Below, piece by piece: positions 39,677-48,179 of a DNA stretch of 64,000 bases. The notes under the pieces are model-generated. The model was not told where the DNA came from. It ran no database searches and worked only from the letters and a program-made list of their open reading frames with translations. The translations under genes were made by a program, and so were the position numbers. The stretch comes from an uncultured bacterium (lineage in GTDB: Bacteria > Patescibacteriota > Minisyncoccia > Phycocordibacterales > PALSA-1337). How positions within the stretch are numbered: the stretch's first letter is position 1; each line of letters opens with the position of its first letter. The stretch is from positions 7,299 through 71,298 of the forward strand of contig CAIQIZ010000009.1 in assembly GCA_903872035.1 (NCBI GenBank), read 5' to 3'.

Positions 39677-40618
39677 TTATAGATTTATAGTCTCGGCGAT
39701 CTTGTACGGCGCCTTATCCTGGGATTCGTAATAGACGCGCATTACCATCTCGGCCACCACACCCATAGCTGCCAACTGCACGCCGACTATGATGAAGAGC
39801 GCAGAAAAGATCGGTAAAGGCGTGGCCACGAAATCACGGATAGCGAATATCTTCAGGATCAAGGCCCACATACCGGCGATGACTCCCAAACCGAGAGAGA
39901 TGAAGCCCAGGCCGCCGAAGAAATGAATCGGTCGATCCATGTATTTGGAAAGGAATTTCACAACGATAAGATCGAGGATGACTCGGAATGTTCTCCCGAT
40001 GCCATACTTGGCCACGCCGTGGATGCGAGCGCGATGATTGACGACGATCTCGGTGACCTTGCCGCCATGCCAGGCAGTATAGGCTGGAATAAAACGGTGC
40101 ATCTCTCCATAAAGCTGTACCCCTTGGATGATGTCGCGTCGGTAGGCTTTCATGGAACAACCATAGTCATGGATCTTCACTCCAGTGATCGTCCGGATCA
40201 TCCAATTGGCGATCATGGATGGGATCTTTCGCATCAGGACCTTGTCCTGTCGCTTCTGACGCCAACCTGAAACCACATCAAACCCTTCATTGATCTTAGA
40301 CAAGAATTTCGGTATATCGGCCGGATCGTTCTGTAGATCGGCGTCCATGGGAATGATCACGTCGCCTGTGGCATTCTTGATACCTGCCGACATAGCCGCG
40401 GTCTGACCAGAATTGAAACGAAAGCTGATGACTTTGACGTTCTTATCTTTGGCTGCAATCTTTTTGAGCTCGCCCAAACTGCCATCGCGCGAGGAGTCAT
40501 TAACGGCGATGACCTCATAGTCGATCTTTTCACGGTCAAAAACGGCCTTCAGTTCTTTGTAGAGAATAGGGATATTCTCATCTTCATTGTATATAGGTAA
40601 AACGATTGAGACCTTCAT
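39677..40618 (-). CDS. Polyprenyl-phosphate glycosyltransferase (GT2, ArnC-like)
   Basis: PIYNE, GQTAA, MDADLQNDP, SGWR, LYGEMHRFIP. Confidence 0.93.
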   Translation of the reverse strand: MKVSIVLPIYNEDENIPILYKELKAVFDREKIDYEVIAVNDSSRDGSLGELKKIAAKDKNVKVISFRFNSGQTAAMSAGIKNATGDVIIPMDADLQNDPADIPKFLSKINEGFDVVSGWRQKRQDKVLMRKIPSMIANWMIRTITGVKIHDYGCSMKAYRRDIIQGVQLYGEMHRFIPAYTAWHGGKVTEIVVNHRARIHGVAKYGIGRTFRVILDLIVVKFLSKYMDRPIHFFGGLGFISLGLGVIAGMWALILKIFAIRDFVATPLPIFSALFIIVGVQLAAMGVVAEMVMRVYYESQDKAPYKIAETINL

Positions 40619-41697
40619 AGTTTTTTGAAATATTCCGCCAAGCCTCGAGCAAATCTTTCCGGGTCCAGATATTCTACCGCAAATTTCCGCGCTTCAGAAC
40701 CAAGCCTACTCCTAAGGTCAGCATTTCTCAAGAGTTTGCTGATTTCTGTTCGCATTGCGGCCTGATCTTTGTATGGTACGAATACGCCGTTAATGCCATC
40801 TTTCACATACGATTCCATGCTCTTGGTATGAGTTACTATGACTGCCTTGCCCATCGACATAGCCTCGCCAAGAGCGAAAGTTCCGACCGAATCAGTGTAG
40901 TCGTCGCGCTTGGCAACAGCGACCACGGCAACTTTTGACTCGGCAAATGCGTGCAACATCTTGTCATGAGGATATGTCTTTACGGTCACGTGAGGCGGGA
41001 TCGTTTCCGGCATATCTATAGACATGTGGCGATATTTCACAGCTGATGCAGGTTTGGTGGCCAAGCGACACTCAACGTTCAAGCCTTTAGTCGCCTCTAT
41101 AACGGTGGTGAAGTCTCGACCATAATTACCGACAGAGATGACCACGTCTTTTTCCATTCCGCCAGCCGGCAGATCCAGTTGCGGCTTGAAATAATTTGGA
41201 TCAGTGGCTTCTCTCAAGAAAATCACATTCTCGGCAAGCTTTGGAAATCTTTTCTTCATGGCATCAGCCGCCGCTTGGGAGATACAAACTATGCCATCTG
41301 CCTTCGATACGGCCCAGGCATACATCTTTTGGCGGAATCCCTTACCATCAGCTATCGTTCCGAGCACATTGAAATCCAAGATCACCCACTTGAATCTCTT
41401 GATATGGAGAAGTGCCTTCAGAACAAGAGAGCTGTAAGCTGTCGAAGTAAAAACGATGTCATATCTAAAGAATAGCGGGAAAAGCGGCAAGTGCGCATAG
41501 TGCATAGTCAAAATGTGCCGACGCAAGAATCGTGTGAGCCAAAACGGCATGAATTGCTCGATCTCCAAGTGATCAGCCTGTACTCCGTATTTTGGTAAGC
41601 GCAACATACCAAAGCACCAGCTGTCATGCCCTTTTCCCTGACGAGCATCGTCGATAGTTTTGGCTAGAACCTTATTGAAAAGATAGAGAACTTTCAT
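40615..41697 (-). CDS. GT4 glycosyltransferase
   Basis: RDF..., EAMSMGKAVI, DGING. Confidence 0.85.
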   Translation of the reverse strand: MKVLYLFNKVLAKTIDDARQGKGHDSWCFGMLRLPKYGVQADHLEIEQFMPFWLTRFLRRHILTMHYAHLPLFPLFFRYDIVFTSTAYSSLVLKALLHIKRFKWVILDFNVLGTIADGKGFRQKMYAWAVSKADGIVCISQAAADAMKKRFPKLAENVIFLREATDPNYFKPQLDLPAGGMEKDVVISVGNYGRDFTTVIEATKGLNVECRLATKPASAVKYRHMSIDMPETIPPHVTVKTYPHDKMLHAFAESKVAVVAVAKRDDYTDSVGTFALGEAMSMGKAVIVTHTKSMESYVKDGINGVFVPYKDQAAMRTEISKLLRNADLRSRLGSEARKFAVEYLDPERFARGLAEYFKKL

Positions 41698-42311
41698 CTC
41701 TTTTTCAAAACTAGAAAATATTCTCTTCGGAAAAACGGCGTAAAATGTCCGATGGTAAATGAAATGAAATAAGCCAACTTATTCTTGTACGAGTCGCCTA
41801 TGTAAAACAGACCTACCGGTTCAAACTCCTTTAACCCTTCGAATTCTTCTCTGCTATCAGGGCGAAGCAATTTGATGACGGCGGCCGGCGGATAAGGCTT
41901 TATATGACCAAATGTCTCCCAAAACTTCTTTGTAACTACTTCAGAGCTCAAGACGAGAAAACCACCAGGCCTTAGAACTCGCGAGGTTTCTTTGAGCATG
42001 CCGTATGCAGCCGCAACATCGAGATGTTCTATGACATTATGGCAGTGAGCCATCTCAAATTCACCATCACCAAATGGCATGTTTTCTCCACTAGCGGAGA
42101 AAACGTTGAACCCTTCCGATTTGAGCCTGGCTACCACACGCTGATTTGGGTCAAATCCAGTGACGAGCTTCCGGTCATGCTTCATGAATTCCCCTTCGCC
42201 ACAACCGACGTCTAGAGTCTTCTTTCCCTTAAAGTAAAACTCATAGAGAAAGCTTCGACCTTTGAGGCGATTCTTCAACATGAACCAGAAGGATGGGGTG
42301 TAATTTCTCAT
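41694..42311 (-). CDS. Class I SAM methyltransferase
   Basis: LDVGCGEG, VIEHL, RVLRPGG. Confidence 0.9.
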   Translation of the reverse strand: MRNYTPSFWFMLKNRLKGRSFLYEFYFKGKKTLDVGCGEGEFMKHDRKLVTGFDPNQRVVARLKSEGFNVFSASGENMPFGDGEFEMAHCHNVIEHLDVAAAYGMLKETSRVLRPGGFLVLSSEVVTKKFWETFGHIKPYPPAAVIKLLRPDSREEFEGLKEFEPVGLFYIGDSYKNKLAYFISFTIGHFTPFFRREYFLVLKKR

Positions 42312-42335
42312 TGAAAATTTACGATTGATGACTGA

Positions 42336-43493
42336 TCACTTGCTAAATATCGGCAGATCATTAAAAGTGATCTTGTTCGTTCGTTGTTTGTCCACAAATA
42401 CCTTGGCCCGTTTCAGCATAGCATCTCTTTCCTGACTTGGCGTCAAACAGAATTTCACTCGCTCACTGAAACCAGCTTGACTATCCCCATCGTGCCAGAT
42501 GCGGCCACGATCACCATCGTTTCCTATGGTTTCGACGATGCCATCAGCTTCGCTACCTATGACCGGCACATCCATATGCATAGCCTCCCAAAAGACCAGA
42601 CCTAGCGCTTCAGCTTTGGAAAGCAGCACGAATAAGTCTGCATCAGCATAATAGTTCCAAATCTCATCGCGGTGTATGAATCCAGGAAATATCAATCTAT
42701 CTTGGATTCCCAATGATTTGGCTTGTCGATTTAGCGGCTCCAGGAGACTTCCCCGGCCTAGGGCGATCAAGACATAACCCGAACCTAATCCCGCGAACAG
42801 CTCCAGTAACTTAGGATAATTCTTTTCTGATTCGAGACGTGCAACAGTCAAGATCACTTTCTGGTTTGGAGCGATCGCGTGTTTAGTTCGTATCACACCT
42901 TTCTTGGCCTTTGTAATAAATTCCAAGTCGCGGTCGATCGTATTCACATAAAAGACTGTTATATACTTTTCCGGAATGCCGATGTTCTTCAGATACGTCT
43001 TCATATTCTCATTTATCGTAAAGAAATGGTCGGCCAAGCGCCACCAGAGCTTTTCTGTCGCCCATGAATAGAATCCCTTGATCGCCCCAAATCTCCTTGT
43101 CTGCGAATACACTCGCGGCTGATTGCTTACACAAAGGACGATCTTGCCGCCAAAGATAAGTTTGGCCAACCAAAGAGCCGGCAACATACCAAAGTCATAA
43201 GTCATCCAGGCATCCGGTTTGAGCTTGAACCTCTTCACGGTGAATGGGACCGAAATCAGAGTCAGAAGATCGAGCACCGGCTTCAAAGAATAGAGCCTGG
43301 TCTTTTTGTGAATCGTTTTGAATCGACCTTCGAGACTCACATATGAGACGTTGGCCCAAGAAAAGAAGAAGAAATCATTCATGGACGGATTCAACTGGTC
43401 GCGTTCCAATTTATCTTTGAGCTCGACGAATGAGGTGCGAAAGATATCGCGCCAGTCATAATTGATCATGAATATGGAGAGTGTTCGGATCAT
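42336..43493 (-). CDS. GT4 glycosyltransferase
   Basis: TVARLESEKN, EALGLVFWEAM. Confidence 0.88.
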   Translation of the reverse strand: MIRTLSIFMINYDWRDIFRTSFVELKDKLERDQLNPSMNDFFFFSWANVSYVSLEGRFKTIHKKTRLYSLKPVLDLLTLISVPFTVKRFKLKPDAWMTYDFGMLPALWLAKLIFGGKIVLCVSNQPRVYSQTRRFGAIKGFYSWATEKLWWRLADHFFTINENMKTYLKNIGIPEKYITVFYVNTIDRDLEFITKAKKGVIRTKHAIAPNQKVILTVARLESEKNYPKLLELFAGLGSGYVLIALGRGSLLEPLNRQAKSLGIQDRLIFPGFIHRDEIWNYYADADLFVLLSKAEALGLVFWEAMHMDVPVIGSEADGIVETIGNDGDRGRIWHDGDSQAGFSERVKFCLTPSQERDAMLKRAKVFVDKQRTNKITFNDLPIFSK

Positions 43494-44620
43494 TGAAGTT
43501 TTGCGGTCGGGGGGTCCTTCCTGGAGAGCGCCGAGGACGGGTAGCCAGCGATCAGCGCCCGCAGGCGGCGGAAGGAAGGACCCCCCGACCGCATCTCTTC
43601 GGCTAGTCGCGTGCCAAGCATCGATAAACTATGATTATCCTGGACGAATTTTCTAACAGAAAGCGCACGAGCACGTCGGTCATCAATAGATAATTCCAAT
43701 AGAGACCTTATCTTTGCTGTCAATTCACTAACATCGTCTTCTTTAAATAAATAAGCGGAATCTATCTTACCAATGAGATTCTTATTGCAAGAGAGAGCCA
43801 AAGCGCCACAGGCCATGGCTTCAAATATTGTCTTGTCGAACATTCCGCTCGGACTCAAGTTGACAAATATCTCATGAGCGGAAAAAATGGCGGGTAGCTC
43901 ACTGTTCGGCACGCCGGCTTTGAAGGTAACGCGCTCATCTATATGTAGATCGGCAGTTCGTCGCTCCAACGATTCAAAATACCCGACGTCTTGTGACGAC
44001 ACATTTCCTATGAATAAAACACTGAAATCTATTCCTTCCTTCTTCAATATGCCTAAGGCTTCGATCAGTTGATCCAGTTTCTTTGACGGTGAAATACGTC
44101 CGACGGACAGGATCGAGTGAGGTATCCGAACTGTTTCTGGTCGAAAATTGAATATTTCCGTATCGACCCCGACCGGCATGAAGACAGTATTCTTGAATTT
44201 GGCTGTGTATGAAAACTTTGAGGTACAAAAAACTTTGGTACAAAAGAAAGCTGCCATATCCGTCAGAAAACTCCCAGCGTAATGGTTACGCCACATGTAG
44301 ACTGGCTTGCCCATAATTTTCCAGAGCGGACCGCCCAAGATCGCGTACTCCTGATTCTGATGGACGAAGACCACATCATAATCCTTTCGAAGCGTTAAAG
44401 CGTATTTAAAAAATCTGTACACATATTTCACTCGTGACACACCCACCTCCTTGCCCAAGGAAAACACTTCAACATTCGCTGGCAAATCATGAGTACCCTC
44501 GTAAAGACAGACCACCTTAACCGTCTCGAAATGCTTGGCCAATTCCGTTATCCAAAGATGGAAGAAGCTAAGGACACTATCACGAAGATCTACTTTTTGA
44601 GCAAAGATAAGGAGTTTCAT
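43490..44620 (-). CDS. GT4 glycosyltransferase with palindrome-encoded C-terminal tail
   Basis: SVGRISPSKK, DKTIFEAMACG; start placed at MKLLIF. Confidence 0.88.
   Translation of the reverse strand: MKLLIFAQKVDLRDSVLSFFHLWITELAKHFETVKVVCLYEGTHDLPANVEVFSLGKEVGVSRVKYVYRFFKYALTLRKDYDVVFVHQNQEYAILGGPLWKIMGKPVYMWRNHYAGSFLTDMAAFFCTKVFCTSKFSYTAKFKNTVFMPVGVDTEIFNFRPETVRIPHSILSVGRISPSKKLDQLIEALGILKKEGIDFSVLFIGNVSSQDVGYFESLERRTADLHIDERVTFKAGVPNSELPAIFSAHEIFVNLSPSGMFDKTIFEAMACGALALSCNKNLIGKIDSAYLFKEDDVSELTAKIRSLLELSIDDRRARALSVRKFVQDNHSLSMLGTRLAEEMRSGGPSFRRLRALIAGYPSSALSRKDPPTAKLQ
43502..43593. repeat. 92-bp palindromic element inside a CDS 3' end
   Basis: Perfect 21-bp arms TGCGGTCGGGGGGTCCTTCCT / AGGAAGGACCCCCCGACCGCA. 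Confidence 0.9.
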
Positions 44621-44621
44621 A

Positions 44622-45776
44622 TTATTTGGAGGTGGCACCTCCTAGAGCGCTTTCCCACGACTGAACCATGAGTTGGTCGCTTTCTTCACGCGTCATATAG
44701 ATATCAGCTTGGCGCTTGGCTTCTTGGCCAAGATTGGTGGCAAAAGCCCGATTGCTATACAACTTCTCAAGCGCTTCAGCCATAGCATTTGGATCGCGAG
44801 TCTCGACGATGAGACCGCTCTTCTCATTGATGAGAAATTCATCAGCACAACCGACATCAGTCATGATGGTCGGCCGCCCTACTGCGGCTGCTTCTATCAC
44901 TGTCATACCCCATCCTTCATAATCAGAGGACATCAGGAAACAGTCACAAGTCTTCATGAGCGAAGCGAATTCGGAAGCCCAGGAACCGATAATGACGGAA
45001 TCATCCATTTTGAGCTCAACAACTAAATCTTTGAGGCTGTCACCTTCTGGACCAGATCCAGCGACGACGAGACCAACATTCTTATGGATCTTCTTGAAGA
45101 GGCTGAAAGCTTCAATAGCTAATGGAATATTCTTTTGCTTCACATAGCGGCAGGCCACCAAGACGATCCAGTCGAAATGTGGATACTTCGCATGCAGATC
45201 GGTCGTCACGGCCACATTCCTGACTGCCTCCACCTCTACGAATATAGGCGCAATGATGATCTTTGAGGCGGGTATTTCAAGCGAGTCGCGAAGATACGTA
45301 GCGATCTTTTGCGAGACGACACGGATGCTCGCGGCTCCACGCAAGACGAACGGCACCAAAAAAGCCTGGGATCTCTGTCTCAATGATTCTTGCCGGAAAT
45401 ACGGACTGAAGAAATCGATGTGAACCTGCACGTTCCGCGGCCTCCGAGTCAGCCAGGAAGCCAGGATGCCTATCAAGCCCAATTCGAATGGATCTTGAGT
45501 GACGATGACCGTATTATCTTTGGCCAATTTTTTTGCAAGGCGCAGAGCTTTCATCGCTGCGACCAATTTGACGCTGCCAGTAGCCGGATGTGCGGTCACG
45601 TTGTTCTTGAGCATGACCGGCGACGCAGAAATTCCGCTGCCTTGAAGCGAGATGATATCTATTCCTTCAACCAAAGTCCCAAAATGCTCCATCCTCTCTA
45701 CGACAGCGCTACCAGCCTTAAAGATCCCGCCGTCAACGGAGAACATCAGCAGATGGATTTTTGATTTCGGCTTCAT
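44622..45776 (-). CDS. GT4 glycosyltransferase
   Basis: QDPFE, RYVKQKN, YEGWGMTVIEA; ATGA overlap supports start 45776. Confidence 0.88.
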   Translation of the reverse strand: MKPKSKIHLLMFSVDGGIFKAGSAVVERMEHFGTLVEGIDIISLQGSGISASPVMLKNNVTAHPATGSVKLVAAMKALRLAKKLAKDNTVIVTQDPFELGLIGILASWLTRRPRNVQVHIDFFSPYFRQESLRQRSQAFLVPFVLRGAASIRVVSQKIATYLRDSLEIPASKIIIAPIFVEVEAVRNVAVTTDLHAKYPHFDWIVLVACRYVKQKNIPLAIEAFSLFKKIHKNVGLVVAGSGPEGDSLKDLVVELKMDDSVIIGSWASEFASLMKTCDCFLMSSDYEGWGMTVIEAAAVGRPTIMTDVGCADEFLINEKSGLIVETRDPNAMAEALEKLYSNRAFATNLGQEAKRQADIYMTREESDQLMVQSWESALGGATSK

Positions 45777-46810
45777 GCCTTTTTTGATCTCCAAACCTTG
45801 ACGATCTCGCCAGCTATCTCTTCCCAAGTGTGGACGAATGAGAACTTCGCGACTTTGGCAGCTTGAGCGGCACGATTCCGTGGATCAGCCAACCAAAGGA
45901 TCTTCTCGGTCATATCGTTCTCATCTTCTGGATCGACAAAGATCGCGCATTCTTTGACCCGATCGGCGATCCCTGTCTCCTTAGTCAAGATAAATGGTGT
46001 GCCGACTCGGATAGCATCGAAGATCATATTGGGGCTGATATCGCCCAATGAAGCCAAGATGACCGCGTAGGAATGATGGATCTTTTCTAGGAAGCTGTCG
46101 TAGATCGCTTTTCCGCAATCAAGGTCTATATCAGGTAAGTTTTTGGACCGCAATCCCTTCTCGGCCGATTCGAAGGACTTCTTCAGACGTTCGATGTTTT
46201 TCCATTTGAGTGTCCGCGTCCCTGCCACGAATGACCGGTTTTCTGGTTCGATCGAAGGTAATCTTGGTCCACAGAAATTCTCGACGATGGCATTCCTTCT
46301 CGGATCAAGCTTGTAAGCCTTCTCGAATATCCTCCTCTGCCAATCAGTGCTGAAAATTATGGCCGATGCCCTTCGCAAAGCTTTACCACCCCAGCGATAG
46401 ATCAGTCTTTCCCTAAATGAAAGATTGCTTAATTTGGTGTCGATCACTTTCTGGTAAAAATCCTTGAACAAGACGAGCTCTCCCGTCCGCTCGATGTAAG
46501 TTTCCCAAAGACGGTCGCCACCTGTGCGGATGATATATTTCTTCCGAAGAAGCGCGCAAGCGATCATGGTGGGCACTGCTGCATTCCAAGTATCGAGAAC
46601 CAATACCAAATCTGCCTTCCAAGCTTTGCGGAAAACTTTGGTCAAATACAACAAATTGCTCAAAGGTGATGGCACTGCCCTTTCCCATCGGTAGGCTGCC
46701 ACTTTTACCTCATGACCCTGTTTCTTCCAGGTCTCATAAAGGTTGCGGGCGTACTGGGCGGGACCGCCGATATCGGGAGGATATATGCCAGATGCGATCA
46801 AAATTTTCAT
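45773..46810 (-). CDS. GT4 glycosyltransferase
   Basis: GIYPPDIGGPAQY, R.LKWKN, DISPNMIFDA. Confidence 0.88.
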   Translation of the reverse strand: MKILIASGIYPPDIGGPAQYARNLYETWKKQGHEVKVAAYRWERAVPSPLSNLLYLTKVFRKAWKADLVLVLDTWNAAVPTMIACALLRKKYIIRTGGDRLWETYIERTGELVLFKDFYQKVIDTKLSNLSFRERLIYRWGGKALRRASAIIFSTDWQRRIFEKAYKLDPRRNAIVENFCGPRLPSIEPENRSFVAGTRTLKWKNIERLKKSFESAEKGLRSKNLPDIDLDCGKAIYDSFLEKIHHSYAVILASLGDISPNMIFDAIRVGTPFILTKETGIADRVKECAIFVDPEDENDMTEKILWLADPRNRAAQAAKVAKFSFVHTWEEIAGEIVKVWRSKKA

Positions 46811-46853
46811 ACGAATCAGTCTACCACAAACATGAATTTGGAGTTAGGAAAAC

Positions 46854-46942
46854 GATCTTGGTGGAAAAAGCCTCCTCGCCTTCCAATCGAAAAACGGATC
46901 GACCAGCCTTCGACTCATTCGAATACTTTTTCCACCAAGATC
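46854..46942 (-). repeat. Short palindromic element, family A-like ends
   Basis: Perfect 17-bp arms GATCTTGGTGGAAAAAG / CTTTTTCCACCAAGATC; contains the stop codon of 46915..48162. Confidence 0.8.
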
Positions 46943-48162
46943 TCCTGCATCTTCTTAGCTATCATGATCCATTGGTACTTCTCGCGGATCATTTTGGAGG
47001 CATTCTTAATGATGTAATCTCGTGATTCCTTGTCCTTGATCAATTTTTCGACTTTCTGAGCGATCGAGCGAGGATTGCCGACTTCGCAAAAAAGTCCGGT
47101 CTCGCCATCTTTCAAGAAATCAGGTATGCCGCCAACCGGAGTGGCGATGATAGGAAGTCCAGCCGCCATAGCTTCGAGAAAAGAAACTCCCAAACCTTCC
47201 GACAATGACGGTCTGACGAATATATCCGAGATCTGCAAATACGGCGGCATGTCTTTGTGCGAGATGAAGCCTAGGAATTGCACACGGTCAATTACTTTCA
47301 CATTATTCTTGCAAGTCGATTCTCCATTATTCAAGCCGAGTTCGATCGCTAGTTCCCTCAACTTCCCTTCTTCATGTCCTTGACCGAGGATGAGCAATTT
47401 GATATTCGCCGGCAAGTACTTCAAAGATTCTATGATATCGCCGACGGCATTCTTCTCTACCAAGCGCGAAGTCGTCACCAGAAAGACGTCGTTTTCTTTC
47501 TTGCCAAGTTTCGACTTCAGATCGACGGCCTCTTGGCTAGAGATCGGCTTTGAGAACAATTCAAGATCTACAGCATTGGGTACGACTGTCACCGGACATT
47601 TGGCACCCATATTCTTAGCCCAATCAGCCAGATAATTTGAAATGGTCTGGATATGGTCGGCTTTGGTGAAGATCATCTTGAAGAGCGGATACAAGGGCAA
47701 TGCACGACGCTTCAAGTAAGAGATGGGGTCACCGTCTTGCAAAGTAAGCAGATAAGGTATCTTCGGATGCATCAGCTTGAAAAGCACCGCCGCGAAGGAA
47801 CTGTAATTGGCCATGATCGACCAGATCGCATCGTATTTCCGCTTTCGATTCAAGCTGATGGCTTTCGATAGGCCAGTCAATAAATATGCGTATTTATTTA
47901 AATTTAAGTAGAATGGCAGCGAGTCTGTCGAGAACTTCTTTGACGTCGACCAACCGATGCGGTAAATATTCACATTGCCGATCTTTTCGTATTTTGGTAA
48001 GCGCGAATCGAGACACAAAGTGATCATGTCAAATTCGATATCGCCCGGAGCGATCCGGTCAGTGATCTCTTTGATAGCGACTTCAGCCCCGCCGATGAAA
48101 CGAGGGTAATAGGCGAAGGAGAAAATCAGCACATGAGGCTTATTCAACGGAGTGATCATCAT
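46915..48162 (-). CDS. GT4 glycosyltransferase
   Basis: GGAEVAIKEI, SRLVEKN, SEGLGVSFLEAMAAG. Confidence 0.93.
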   Translation of the reverse strand: MMITPLNKPHVLIFSFAYYPRFIGGAEVAIKEITDRIAPGDIEFDMITLCLDSRLPKYEKIGNVNIYRIGWSTSKKFSTDSLPFYLNLNKYAYLLTGLSKAISLNRKRKYDAIWSIMANYSSFAAVLFKLMHPKIPYLLTLQDGDPISYLKRRALPLYPLFKMIFTKADHIQTISNYLADWAKNMGAKCPVTVVPNAVDLELFSKPISSQEAVDLKSKLGKKENDVFLVTTSRLVEKNAVGDIIESLKYLPANIKLLILGQGHEEGKLRELAIELGLNNGESTCKNNVKVIDRVQFLGFISHKDMPPYLQISDIFVRPSLSEGLGVSFLEAMAAGLPIIATPVGGIPDFLKDGETGLFCEVGNPRSIAQKVEKLIKDKESRDYIIKNASKMIREKYQWIMIAKKMQEILVEKVFE

Positions 48163-48179
48163 TTCATCCTTTCATACAA

